DNA of 64,000 bases, taken from contig CM022679.1 in assembly GCA_012295275.1 (NCBI GenBank), positions 21,018,001 to 21,082,000 of the forward strand, read 5' to 3'. The translations under genes and the position numbers were made by a program. The notes below the pieces were generated by a model. That model made no database searches, had not been told where the DNA came from, and was given only the letters and a program-made list of their open reading frames with translations. This DNA comes from Chrysomallon squamiferum (taxonomy: Eukaryota > Animalia > Mollusca). Of this stretch, positions 13,141 through 27,526 are shown one piece after another (the first letter of the stretch is position 1; each line of letters starts with the position of its first letter).

Positions 13141-13573
13141 TCTTTTGTGCTCGCTTTTGTTCAGTATTTTGCCAAATTTCTTTTTTCTGGCCATGGATCC
13201 TATTTATAAATAATAAGCGGATGATTTTGAATTAAAAAAAAAAAAAAAGGAAAAATAAAGCATAGTACTTCTACGAAATGTAAAAAGCTGGGGTGGATTT
13301 GGGGCAGCTAAAGGCGTTAAAATTAAAAACCAGTTTATTTCAATTAATTTCTCTTTTATTTTGTTTTTTTGAATATATTTATAAATACAATTTTAATTTT
13401 TTTTTTTTTTTTTTTTTTAAAGCAAAAGAGCTAAAAAAGTAAAAATGGGTCATGGAACGGATTAAACAATTAATTTCAGTTGGGAAAATTGATTTATATA
13501 AATAAATTGACATATATATACACACGTCATGGAACAGAACACAGGTACACTGTATATAAATAAATAAACATAT

Positions 13574-13676
<103 letters not shown>

Positions 13677-16600
13677 ATGTTCTCTTAATTAACAAACTAC
13701 TTACATTGTCAGATTACAGATTAAACTTGCAGTGAATGAAAAAGGTTAACTAATGGGAATGCTGGTCACACTGGGAACACATATAAGATTTCCAAATATA
13801 AAAACAATATCTTAAAATAACTAAAGCTGAAATGACAGAACGACATTCTCAAGCAGCACTCAGTAATTAATGGTAGACTGACAGAACAATTCCACATACC
13901 AGAAGTTTTAGTGAAAAAAAAAAAAAACATTATTTTAAAAATAAAATAAAATAAAATAAACAAAAAATAAACGTTATAGGCTTAAGCACTTTTCCGAACT
14001 GAAATCGTTTAAATGAGACTCGAACGACCTTATTTTATTTTTATTTTTTTATTTTTTATTTTTTGAAATATGTTGTTGTGAGCGGTATCAGGAATCGTAA
14101 TGGAAGAAATGGTTTTCAACGAACAATAATACTTTAACTAATACTTTTGTTTCGGAATAAAAGATTTTACATTACCGCTGTAAAGAGAAAAATCAGAATG
14201 CAATCGCCACTGATGTTGTTTTTTTAATACCAGATTCTTATCCACAAAAAACATCTGAAACAACAAAAGGAGAAATGGTTTGTGGCAGAACAATGTTTGA
14301 ACTCTATTGTCACAGTACTCAGACAAATAATACAATATAAGCATCGCCGTTATTTTTGTTTTTCTTTAGTTTAACGGTAGATTGCCTAAAGATATTACCG
14401 TTTTAAAATGCACGTACGTGTGTTAACAGTAAGTATTCTTTACCCGGCCTGACCTGTGTTATTGCTGCTTTCACAAACCGATGATGGACGTCACTTCGGT
14501 CTTTACTCTCCGGACACAAAGCGGACACAACAATGTGTGTTAAAACATAGTTATATAAACAATAGTAGATGAAGAATCGTTTATAACGACAGCAACCACC
14601 ACAACAAAACAATAACATCAATGATAATAATAGCAGCAGCAACAACAACAACAATAACAATAACACTAATAACAATAATAATAATAAAGCAACAACAATA
14701 ATAACAATCATAATAACAGTAAGAAAAAGAACAACAGCAATAATAATAATAACAACAACAATACTGATAATAACAGTGACAAATGTAACAACATTCAGAA
14801 GAAGAAGAAGAAGAAGAAGAAGAAAGAAAGAAAGAAAGAAAGAAAAAGAATATTTGTGGAGACAACACAGCATTGACAAGAAGGGAGTTTCTTCTAATCT
14901 TCACAAATAATTGATAGATGTATTCAAGCATATTATTATTTTTCCAGGTAACTCACTGCGACTACAGGTGTACCAGACTTAACTACGTGTAAATATTTGT
15001 ACTGCTGGGATGCATTACACATTTACTTTACACTGCAGTTAATTAGTTTTTGTTTCCGCTATTAAGCGATGTTCTCACTTTGCGACTTAAAACTTCCGAC
15101 AGAATCGTACCGTAGGAACACCTAAATCATTTCTCGTCTAAAGCCGCCGACTCACTAGATGATGTACTGTAACCATTCATAATATATAAGAAATCAAAAA
15201 CAAGATATTAGAAATTTATACATTTGTATTATTAACGTGATGGTCTGTGCTTAATTGCCTCTTTATATAATGTTTATATACCACATAAAATGTGTTTTGT
15301 TGTCTGATGTAGACAAAGTTAAAATGAATGTATGTCAATCCGTTTATACATCCGTACGTACATCCTTCCATCCATCATTAAATCCATTTCAATATCAGGT
15401 GAGAAAAAGACTGTTGATCTGAAGTTTGATTAGGCATAGAATCAGTCGATTTCAGTAAATCTTTTTGATGATAATATATGTACAAAAACCCGTTAATCAA
15501 AAACTCTGGTATCTGTTTACATGTCTGTGGGACAACGTTGATAAAATATTCATTATATTAATCGATAAAGACAACCCGCTGATCGGCTTTCCTCTTTCAT
15601 ATCATCGTTACAAAATGTTTGACACATGATAACCGTTAAATAAGATGAGCCACCCAGTGAACAAACAATAAACACAAAATTTGTAATTATCACTAAGATC
15701 AGAAGAATTGTACATTGTAACGGAAGGTAATGGGAGAGAGTTTTCTTTCTCATAACAACTTTACGTGTGTGTTGTATCTATTTGACAGTAAACAACAGCT
15801 GATGTTAAAATGAGTTGAGATGCTATTGGACAAATACTGTCAAAAATACTGTGACTACAAATCGCACAGTGAGAATGCTGCTTTATGCAATACCTTGGAA
15901 GGTGGTTGTAATAGTCACACACTGCCTAACCATTTCTTGAGAACTCCTTTTAGTAGTCCACAAGTTTTTAACATATCCTGAGACTGCGGCTTTTATCATT
16001 ATTTGTTATTACTATTCTAGCCAAAACCATTAAGAATCTGAAAATAAGAGTCTTAATCAGTTAATGGAATTCTCCCATAAAAAAAGAAATCTTTGCACTA
16101 AAGATGTAGGTAATTGCAGCTACCTTGTTTTCAGTAATTAGCTCTGAGGTATAATGGTGACAGTCGTTATAGGTATGTATGTCTTTCTATTGTTAATGTT
16201 ACTTTTATGATTTACTTTCTTTATAGTTTCCATATCTGTTTAATCAAGAAAGTATACACAGATACACACACAAATATAAATATGTACAAACATACATACA
16301 CATACTTCCATCCATCCACACATACATACATACATACGTACGTACATACGTACATACACATAAACACATACATGCATGGATACAAACTACTAATAAAACT
16401 GACACACTAGCAAAATAATAAATCTAAATTAAAATAAACAGGTAGACAACAAAACAACACCGCCAACAACAATAAGTAAGCGAATCAGTTTAGCCGCGTT
16501 TCGAAATTTCAAAATATTCGTGTTCTTTCTCACAATGTTTTATTTGTATCTATCTTAGTATATATATAGAGAGAGAGATCATGGAAGCCAAAAATTGTAA

Positions 16601-17110
16601 TTGAGCTTCCAGACAAATGTAGGAGTAACAAATTATTTCGGACAAGATAGTAGTTTAATTATTTTGTTCAGATTTTCGCTCAGTAAGCTGGAACTAATTT
16701 TGTTATTTGAGATGTCTCAACAAGGGTAGGAGAAATAAAATTTAATCTAATCTCACCTGATATATATGCTATTTATGGGCGAGCGCCGACCAGTTGTAAC
16801 TGCATGTTTAACATGTATCATTATCTTTATTTTAAATTAAATGTAAAGAAAGAAAAAATGTTATTCTGTTAACAAATATAACAACTGTTTTAAATTTGGA
16901 GACTCACTGTAACAGACCAGACTGAACCAAAATTAAAAGTTTTATACTAGTTCCCCTCTAAAATAAAATTAGCATGAAGAAAACAGCTATATTTGAAAGT
17001 AAATTTGTGTAAGTTCCATTGAGTATATACGTGGGGTCTGTGAACTAGCTATTCAGTTTCTAATCTGAATATACGTCTTTTTTCAAATTCAAGTAAAAAC
17101 CCTGTATAGC

Positions 17111-17295
17111 GTCACCTAACATCCCTATGTTGTCACATACAATCCCTGAATTCTGTCACCTAAAATCCCTGAATTGGTCACCTAAAATCCCCGTATTGAG
17201 TCACCTATAATCCCTGTGTTGTGTCATCTTAAATCCTCGTATTGTCACCTAAAATCCATGTATTGGGTCACCTAAAATCGCGGTGTTGTATCACT
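17111..17295 (+). repeat. Degenerate 21-23 bp minisatellite GTCACCTAAAATCCCTGTATT(G)
   Basis: About 8 copies starting at 17111, 17132, 17155, 17177, 17200, 17223, 17244 and 17267. Confidence 0.88.
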
Positions 17296-18074
17296 GCAGA
17301 TACGGTGCCATAGGTTACCTGTATCAGCAGTTTTGAAAATCCCTAATGTAATTACTAATGTTTAACAGTGCAACTTATACTGTCGCTACAAAACAGTACA
17401 TTATTTTAGATGATTCACTTACCTCAAACAAACACGGTAACCCATTTACTCTTTTCAGAGATGTACGTTTTAGTCAATAAATGAAATGCGAAAACGGGAA
17501 GGGATAATGATTTAAAAACCTGGTTTTTCAGCGACAATTGTCACTTACATAAATATCAATGTTCTTGAAATTCCGTTGTATTAGTTCCTGAAATTGATAA
17601 GTTGTTTCTGTTGCATAAAATAAACTGGTTTGACATGCACTTTACTTGTAAATAATATTCATTTACCTGCAAATCACTTTACGCTCGTGACAAATCGGGT
17701 TCACGGATCAATATTTAAAGATTATTTATGGTGCGGACGGGTAATCAGTAGAGATAACTTCCTTTTACAATCACGAAGGGCTGTGATTTTTTTCGTCGTA
17801 TTAATTACGATAATGAGATATTTATTTGTTGTAAGAAGTCACAATAATCGAGAAGGCATTTAGTACAATAATAACAATAACAACAACATTTTTAAAATCT
17901 GCTAAACTCTTCATAAACAGAGCTTTTCGAGCTCATTTTTCAGAGAAAAAAACCATTATATCCTTGTTGTCGAAAGAAATATGGTCTTACCGTAACGTTT
18001 GAAAAATGTATTTGCTCAGTATTTTTTAATTTTGTTTTTAAAGGTATGTTTAAATTACGTTATATAAATATAAA

Positions 18075-18132
<58 letters not shown>

Positions 18133-19453
18133 GGTACTGACACTTAAATAAAACGTACATCAGCAAATATCTGAAAGCTTGCGTGCATTAAATGCCACAA
18201 AGTTGTTCAGAAAGATTAGAAACAAGTGTATCCATAGAGTTAAATGTATTAAAAAAAGTACTGACAAGTCTATTTTAACCAGTCATTTTATCAGTTTGCT
18301 CATAAAGAAATAACTGCTACTATTACTACTACTGCCGATGACAGTAACCAAGAAGCCGACTGCAACATTAAATTGATCGATTAACCATCACTTACTGTGT
18401 AGATCCCGTAGGAATCGACGCCCAAAGTGAAAAAGTAATTGATTTGACTTTATCTGGGTGTAAACTAAGCAAAAATCCTAGGTAACAGATTTAGAAACGA
18501 GATCGAAGATGGCCGCCGTCATTCACGAAAGATGCAGAAAATGACGTATCTCTAGAACAACTTGACCAACTTAAGTTATTCTACTGCAGGGTTTTCAAAC
18601 ATGCCAGATAATCTGCAACCTTCCTGCCAATAGATGATAGCAGATGAAGATGGGATTTTTTTATACATATTTTTGTTGTTACTTGGGTGGGTTGTGTATG
18701 CATGTTGTTTGTTTTCCCATTAAATTACACCCAAGTTATGCAGTCACCTTCGTTTTACTATTCCGTATCCAGAACTGTTATGGAATACAATTTTTTTTTT
18801 AAAACGACTACGAAATATACTTTAAAATCTTATTAACTGAAAACTTAATAATGTTTAGTTTTTAAGTCCTCTATCTACTATGGATTAAACATAATAATCT
18901 ATCTGCCTCAATAATTTCAGTTCGGTTCGTCTTAAATCGACGGAACTTATCGGAATGATGCAAGGTAAAGAACTCGGATCACGAGTGTAACACTGTGATT
19001 TCATTACATGTAACAAAAACCCAACTCGTCAAACGTGAATGTTGTTTTACTCAGAAAAATTATTAATTTACATTTACATGAGATGGAAGCATCCACAATT
19101 GTACAATTCAAACAAAACAAGCAAATGAGAGTTGTGGTCCTTGTTTTGTCTTATTTCGTTTTTATTAAATTATTATTATTATTTTTTTTATTATTATTTA
19201 TTTATTATTTTTAATATTATTTTTTTTTTATTATTATTATATTTTAATTATTATTATTATTATTTTAAATCATAAAGATGTGAGGATAGAACATCTAACA
19301 TTAAAAATAGAATAATAATAATAATTTCCAGAACAAAAAAAATGAAGAGCTTTTGGCTTATAACATTCAAAAATAATTATAATTCTAAATAGAAATGAAA
19401 AAATAAAATAAATTAATTAATTAATTAAACAAATAATAATAATAATAATATTA

Positions 19454-19505
<52 letters not shown>

Positions 19506-20195
19506 GTGCTATTGAAAAAAACACAAAACAAGAATCACAAGTCAGATATAATAAGGCTATTGATGTGTCCAACAATCCTTGCTTTCTCAAAAGTAATGCG
19601 CACTTTAAGATTAATGAGAAAAAAAAAATAAACTGATAAATAAAATATCAAAGCCCAACATAATAATTAGGCTAATAATTTAACATGCATTCAAAAAAAA
19701 AAAAAAAAAAAAAATCCAATAATCTTGTAATAATAGTAATAACAACAAAAATATTCTAGGTAATAGTCTGTCTACAAAAACAGTTTTTAAATCTTTTTTA
19801 TTCATCAACTCTCATGTATAAAATATTTAAATTCAGTTTTCTTAACATTTAAAAAAGGTAATATTTATAAATCACTGTATTAACCCCCCCCCAACTATTA
19901 ACTAATTATTATATTACAGCCAGTGAACAAAATCTATGTACATCTTTTTTTAGAATTTTTTTAGAATTTTTAGAACATGCTAACTTTAATCATAACTAAA
20001 ATGAATTATACAAAAATTCTTTAAGTTTTTACAAAAATATATGTGTACCCATTTCATGAGAATATGGTAATATTCATTATGAACAGCATTTTAGCTTTAA
20101 TTATAATAAATGAACAAACTTCATTTAACACTGAAATTATGTTATAAATTTTAAAAAAAACAAAAAAACATTCAAATGCACTCTTGCAGTCACAT

Positions 20196-20201
20196 TTTAT
20201 T
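20196..20201 (-). terminator. Candidate polyadenylation signal (AATAAA) of eIF4E
   Basis: AATAAA on the minus strand about 1.4 kb past the stop codon, followed by a U-rich downstream tract. The region is very AT-rich and other AATAAA hexamers exist. Confidence 0.3.
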
Positions 20202-21622
20202 GTAAACATTATAAACATAACCATCAACTTCATATAAAAACTTTTGAAGAAACAAATTCTGTAAAAAAAAAAAAAAAAAAAAAAAAATGATTTATCTTCA
20301 TATTTAATGCTAACTTATAACTCTAGAAACAAAACTGATTATTTTTACAAAAACATTAAATAAAAAAATTAATAACACCAGAATTTATTTTCATTTTTAA
20401 TAATCATTGTTATTGGTATATCATATTGCAATTTTAATTATAACCAAAATTACACATAAACTAGTAATTTTAAATTTTTCATATTAAAAAATATTTATCT
20501 ACATTTGACAGTCTTATGGTAAAATGCTAAGTTTTTAAATTATAAACAAAATAATCTACATACAAATTGTTGTTTATATAGATTATTTTATTTGCATATT
20601 TGACTGTCTTTCAACTAAACATGATTAACTATATACAATTTTTTTTCTTTTAATTTTATATAACAAAAAAAAAAAAAAATAATAATAATAATGGGAATAT
20701 ATTTTACTTTCTCTCAGAAAAAAACCCCACCTCTTCAGATAAATCTGAACACTTGAACAATTCTGGGAAAAAAAAAAAAGATTTTTTTTTTTTTTTTTTT
20801 TAAAAAAATGTACCTAGCAACAATCTATCAATAACAAAACAATCTTATTAAAATGGCAGTATTATCAAAGATTACTGAAATAGGCACAGAAAAAAATACA
20901 ACTGTCTGATCTAAAAACACAATCAGATTTAATATTGAGTCACTGTGTATAATACAAAACAACATACTGAAGGTTCTAACCACCAAAACATAATCATCAT
21001 CCAATCATATCTCTTTGGTGACAACACACACCATGCAGGCTGAATGGTTTGTCTGTTTTTTTTTAAAACATCTAATATATACAAAATAATAGTAACAATG
21101 CACTGGCATGTACCAAAATTCCTTCTTTTTTTTTTTTTTTTTAAAAGAAGAAAAATACGAGTGATTCTCAAAACTTTTACAGTGTAATTAAAAATAGTAA
21201 TTGAAATACTTTAATTTTATGAAACACACTAAAATATTTTTGCACCTTTCTAATCCTGCCTATTTATTTACTTCCACATTTAATTTGAAATTTAGCACAA
21301 ATAAGTGTTGGGTAGGGGAAATGGGAAAACTGAACTAAATTATACATTCATTTGCATCACAAGAACATAAACAGTAACAAAACATTTTTTTTTATTATTA
21401 TTATTATTTTTTTTATTTTTACTTAAATTTCTTCTTTCTTACTAGAAACTTTGAACCAATAATAATAAATGAAGAAAATATAGTAGCTTCTGTGTGTAAT
21501 AGTTTCCAATCACACGGTCCAATGAGCATATATTAAAGGAAATTGACAAGTGAAGCACAGACGTTCATCATTCATGCCAGCACCAAACACACATATGATC
21601 AGTCACAAGAGTTTGACTGGGG

Positions 21623-24600
21623 TCAGACAGTGTATCGGTTCTTTGCTTGGGATCCTGTTTTTGACATTGTGTCTGAGTGTGCCTGTAAGCAGAAAACAAA
21701 AATAAGAATAATTCATTTATAAATGTTCAAAAATAATAAATAAAATAAAAACAAAGAGTGATAAATTGTGTGTTTTTAAAATTAGTTTTGACTTTGGTAG
21801 CAGTGTAGATATAAACTTCTGTTATTTATTTATTCAAATGTTGGTAAATATAAAAATTGTAAATTAACAAACAAAAATTTACTTTATCTCTATATTATAT
21901 CACCCCAGATTTTTTATTTTTCTATTTTTTTTAAAAACCTCCTGTAGAAGCAATATTCATTTTGAGCTGGGTGATTTTATTAAAAACAACATTAAAATAT
22001 GTGATAATTTTAAATTTACCTGAAAACCTATTGCTACTTTCTGTGGTATATTTAACCGTTCTTTCAATTTTTTTCTGAAAACAAAAATAAAGAATTGTGA
22101 AACAAAAGTTTATTGCACATAAATAAATTTTAAAAGTTTCACCATACATAGTAACCTAGCAACTATCACACAGGATACACCCTTGGATGATGCATGAAAT
22201 GATTCAGATTATTTAAAAGAATTACTTTCTTGTTTTTTAAAATATAGTACAAAAATAGTAATAAAATATTAAACTTAAAGCAATGTTTCAAACATATTTT
22301 TCATGTATATTATTATTATTTCAATTTTTTTCCCAAAAATATTTAAAAAGCAAAAGTACTGTTTGCTTTTTCATCAATAGAATAAATGTTTAACCTAATC
22401 ATATATTCAATATTTACAATGAATGTATTTTTTTTAATGTGAAAAGGAAAAGCAACATATTAATTTGCTTTTAAACATTCTTGATTGGGATATTTTACAT
22501 CATCTTCCCAGTACCATGACTTCATATAACACAGGATTAGTTTTGGCTATTTTATGGATTTGTAGAATACTTTTAAAAATAAAAAAATAAATTAATTAAC
22601 TAACAAACCAACAAATGGTTGATCTCTGAAACTTAATAATTAATGAAAAGGTATCTGGATGGATAGATAGAAAATTTTAAAAACCAGAACCATTAAATTT
22701 TGTAGAAACACTAACTATCAAATCAGTAAATGATTTAGTTCAGAAACTAACCCAATTTTTGTACAAGCATCTGCTTTTGTTGCATCTCTAGTCCACAAAC
22801 CAAGCTTATCTCCCTTTGCTCTGATGTTCACCACAGCACCACAGATTTCATCACTCTGCTCATCAAAAGCCTCACCAATTAAACATAATAACTGAAACAA
22901 AGAACAAATTAACAACTTCACAACATATCTTAACAAACAAGTTTTCTACAATGAAACCATTCCCAAACTTTTATGAATAAGCAGCAATTTTTAACATGTA
23001 TTAAAATATATACAGAAGTCTTTGAATTATAGTCACGTAAATGAAATTAGGAGATGAATGAGATGAAAATGTTCCAAATGTATGAAACATTAGTTGAAAT
23101 TTAATGAAATTTTGTAAATGTGACTGAAATAATCCAATAACTAAAACAAACATATGGCTGATACGATAAGAGAAAAATACCCTGCCACTCCCCTTCAAAT
23201 AGCTGAAACAAATTTTTAATATGCATTTTTGCTTAAGATAGGAAAGGTCATAAAAATGATGCAGAAGAACATGTTGTGCAAAAACAGCTGGAGAGAGAAA
23301 TAGCACGATGGGAACTTAGTCAAAGACTGATCATGTGTCCAGTTAGGATTCAAGAATGTGCTATATGACCGATCTATTTCCATATTGAAAATGAAATTTT
23401 AAAAACAAAGAGAATAAGAACATACAAACAAACAAACAAAAAGAGAAATTAATGCTTAAAAATATTAATTTTAACACAAAAAAACCCATAAATATATCTG
23501 AATTATCAGGTACATTTTTAATGGAACACATGGTATCGTACAATGATGGTTTTAACAAAGAGCATAACTATATATTTAATAAAATCATAAATGATCCTTT
23601 TATTTGATGACTGTAGTGTAAAGAAATGTTTGACCAATATAAAATAATTACTATAATAAACCTATACCATAATAACAATGTATCAAGGCTTGAAAGGAAA
23701 GAGGTGTTATTTTAATGATGCAATCAACATTTTATTTATAACTATATGGTTTTGGACAAATCATTTTGATAACAAGAGACAAAACCTGCTGCAAGGACCT
23801 CATGAGTTATTCTTTCTGAATCACAGCAAAGTATCTTTTATCTACAAACAGCCTTTCCTTTGGGAGCTGTGGCTTTTTCTTTCCATACATTACATTCCTT
23901 ATGAGTATACAAAAAAGAATGAAAAAGAGACAGTTCTTCAGACCAAACATTTCCCCAACATTTTATTATTATCTGCAGTGGTAATTAGCAATATCATAAA
24001 AAAAGAACTAAAACTGTCATGCACTGAGACAATATTAAAAACTTACTGTTTCTAACCAAAAGTTGTCTAGATCTGACACTCTCTGGTTTCTGCTTAAACT
24101 TACTAACCACCTGCCACCAACAACATTCCTTTCATCTTCCCACATTGGCTGAATGCCTTCCTGAAACAACAAAATAAATCTATTAACATTCGTTAACTGA
24201 AGCTCTCTGCATATTTCTTCTTATTATTTTTTTAAATTTTGAAGATTATGAAAATGGCAATATAGTGCTGTAAAAAAATATTTTTATTAATTACTAGCAA
24301 GGATTTTCTTGATATATACACTAAATACATGTATTATTGTAAAACAAGACAATCACTGAGTAATAAAACAGATAAAATAATTACTATCTTTCTTTAAACA
24401 TGTTTAATATTCAGTGCCTTGAATATAAGAATATTCATGAAGTTTTACACAATACTTTCCTTAAATTTTCACTGTATTTTTAAAATCAGTTAAATGCTTA
24501 AAATCTTTTCAGATATTATCAAAATGACAACTGAATATTCCTAGTATTAGTACTAATTCTTTACCTTGAAAAGTGAGTAATCACACCCAGATGGTAATTT

Positions 24601-25532
24601 GCTAGCTCTCTGAATATGATTATACAACCTGTAAATGAGAAAACAAATTGGTTGTTATTCCTAATTCTTTCAATTTTTTTAAATTTTTTTCTGAGAGAAA
24701 TGGTTTCAAATACAAAATTTTCTAAACACAGCACAAAGATAAAACTTGTATAGTTTAATATTTACTTATTAAATATAATTCACACTTTCAATTTTGCTGA
24801 CTAATGTTGCATTAATGGTGTCAAATTAAACATTTAAATTTTTTCTTTTTAAAATAAAAAAAAATGGCATCTCACCAGAAACTTTTTTTAAATTTCCACA
24901 ATTCGTTTAAATATTTTATTTACATTGTATAACAAAATGCTATTTAATCCTATTAAATACTATTAAAATAAAATTAGCAAAATAAAAAAAATAGTAAATT
25001 ATAATACAGTTAGTTTACTAAGTAAATTGTGATGTAACCTACGCCCAAAAGTCTTCCACTGTGTCAAATGAGGTGATACATCGGAGGTTATCAGCCCAGT
25101 CTCTTGATCTGTCATTTTTGAAAAACCACAAAGACCATTTGTTTTGTAGGGGATGTTTTATTAACAGTTCGGGTGAATCAGGACCTTCTCCTGAAGCTCC
25201 TTTTTGCTCATCTTCTTCTTTTGTTACTTCCAATTCCTGTAAGTGTAATTCATTTTGGATTTTAATTATTAAATAGAATCATTTAAAAAAGATTTTGATA
25301 AAATTTCCTTTCTGGTAATTAATATGGAAATCTGTGTTCCTTTTTCTTTTTAAGTTCTAATATATATTTTTTTATAACTCAAGGAATTAATCTGTCAAGC
25401 TCAATTCATGAAGCATTTCAAAAATAATGTAAACCCATTTTGTATCAAAAGTAACCATTATTATATTAGTAGGAGACTGGATATTTTATCAGATATATAA
25501 AAAAAAAAATGTAATTCATTTAAAAATTAAAT

Positions 25533-25594
<62 letters not shown>

Positions 25595-26392
25595 TGCTGA
25601 TAATCCATTTTGAAAATCAATATACAGGCCTATGTTATTTGTAAGAAATAATCTATGACAGACCATCAATAAAAAGTAGAACCACTGTATTAACTACTAT
25701 ACTTTAAAAGAATAAATTATATATCTAAATCAATAATAATAAATTATTATTTTCTTTATGGTGTTTAGTATTTTTAATTATTTAATAGATACAAAAATGC
25801 TGATAGAGTATAACTATTATGAGTATAATACTTAATAGTTTTTAAATATCAACAGGCTGTCGATGTCTGAAAATGACGCCAAAATATCATTAAAATGACT
25901 GAAAAAGAAAACGGTTGCATATTAACACTGCATACGAAAAAGAACGACTTTGGAAATAATTACTGTTGTCTTTAGTGCGTCGAATATAGAGCATGTTATG
26001 ATATGCGATCATATGGAGTGGAATAATTAATGATGAATGTGTTAAAACTTTCGAGAAATGCATATTCGATCAACTTTACAATTCATTTAAATTAATCAAC
26101 TCATTCTATATTTATTATTAATACGCTAATCCAAAGCGTACTAATTTTATTATTTAAAAAAACTAGTATTGTTTAAATAAAAATTAAGTCTTTTGCTAAG
26201 ACCCAGAGGTCAAGGAAGTGCTCGTACTAACATACTGACTATTGTATTATTCAATAATAATAGAAAAAACAATTCTATACTTTCATAAAATGTTTCAGCC
26301 AAATATAAAAAGAAAATATTCAAGTGGTTAATTTTAAATTTCAATCAAACACTTACACATACCTCTTTCGAATCGTCTTTATCAGAAGCCAT
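21623..26392 (-). CDS. EIF4E: Eukaryotic translation initiation factor 4E, class I; 7 exons, 218 aa
   Basis: Exons: 26392-26363 (AAACATGG context, MASDKDDSKE), 25236-25043 (...KHPLQNKWSLWFFKNDRSRDWADNLRCITSFDTVEDFWA), 24628-24565 (LYNHIQRASKLPSGCDYSLFK), 24160-24047 (EGIQPMWEDERNVVGGRWL...FWLET), 22891-22752 (LLCLIGEAFDEQSDEICGAVVNIRAKGDKLGLWT...), 22074-22020 (KKLKERLNIPQKVAIGFQ) and 21682-21623 (AHSDTMSKTGSQAKNRYTV*). All introns are GT-AG and the 657 nt total is in frame. Trp at the W43 and W56 equivalents defines class I. W102/E103 (MWED), the VEDFW eIF4G/4E-BP surface and the S209-equivalent Ser are retained. Confidence 0.97.
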
Positions 26393-26600
26393 GTTTCCAA
26401 TATGGACGATCACATGGTACCCGGCGTTTCAAAACGAGGCTTGTACAAAATATTTTTCCGTTGCAAAATAGACTACTGTCACGTCACATGTCGAAGCCTT
26501 CGCACATTACGTGAATTGTCGGCATGTCATTTATTTATTTCATTTCATGTATGTGCATGAAGAAGCAATTATTTTTGTGCGTTTTCAATCTATCAGTATC
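26393..26600 (-). promoter_or_regulatory. eIF4E 5' UTR / proximal promoter (CpG-retaining island)
   Basis: Locally CpG-rich segment just upstream of the ATG. It holds CACATG E-box-like sites (about 26411 and 26485) and a GTCACGTCAC CRE/ATF-like element (about 26478). Confidence 0.45.
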
Positions 26601-26818
26601 TTATTGGCAGATATTTTTCCAAATAGAAAATTAATTTTATTTATACACTGTATAAATATACAGGACTTTAAAAAAATAATTTATAAAAATAAAACAACAT
26701 TTTTTGTGTAGTGACAGGTGGAATTATTGTTTTATGTACCGGTATTAATTTATCTACTTTTAATTTTAAATATATTATAAATGTATTATTATTAATTTTA
26801 AATATTATTATTAAATGT

Positions 26819-26849
<31 letters not shown>

Positions 26850-27063
26850 TTTTAATTTAATTATTATTAATGCTAAAATTAACCTGAGATTAAAGAACAC
26901 AAATATTCAGATGAATAATTATGGTAGTGTTTCTTATGTATTAAATTTTGATTTGAAAACTAGGTTATGTTCATTAAGATGATGTTGACGTAATTTGTTT
27001 TTAAATTGTTTTTATATGTATTTATTTATTTGTGTATTTTTATTTTATTTTATTGTTATTATT

Positions 27064-27094
<31 letters not shown>

Positions 27095-27520
27095 TTTGTC
27101 AGTGAAGTAGCAATGAAAATAATTCTACAAAATAACAACAATTAAAAATTGTATTAATGCTGGATTATACTGTATTGGTAGAGCATTAATGGATCCAAAG
27201 ATGTTTAAGACAGAGTGTTTTTTCTCTCTCTCCTGTTCCAAACATTATTCATATCAGATTATCACTGCCTCTCAAAAAAAAAAAAAAATAATAATAATAT
27301 ATGATGTCTTGATAATAAATAAAGCTGGTAAATGATAAACATAATCTAGCATTTGGTGACAGTAACTTACTCATTCATACAGTTAATGCAAAAATGATGG
27401 GAAGACAACAGAAAAATTAAGTAATCTTGATAAACTGTGTGATGTGGGCTATTAAATAAATATTCAGTTTTTCTAGGGGATATTCAAAACAGAACACAAC
27501 ACTGAGATCCAAACTTAACT

Positions 27521-27526
27521 TTTATT
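27521..27526 (-). terminator. Candidate polyadenylation signal of SPARC
   Basis: Minus-strand AATAAA about 600 nt after the stop, followed about 20 nt later by a GU-rich element (GTGTTGTGTTCTGTTTTG, plus strand 27485-27502). Confidence 0.5.

Noticed and set aside
15828-15981. Plus-strand frame reading YCQKYCDYKSHSEN, resembling a C2H2 zinc-finger start
   Set aside because: The His pair is missing at the required spacing, the pattern arises from a short aaatactgt duplication, and there is no good splice context.
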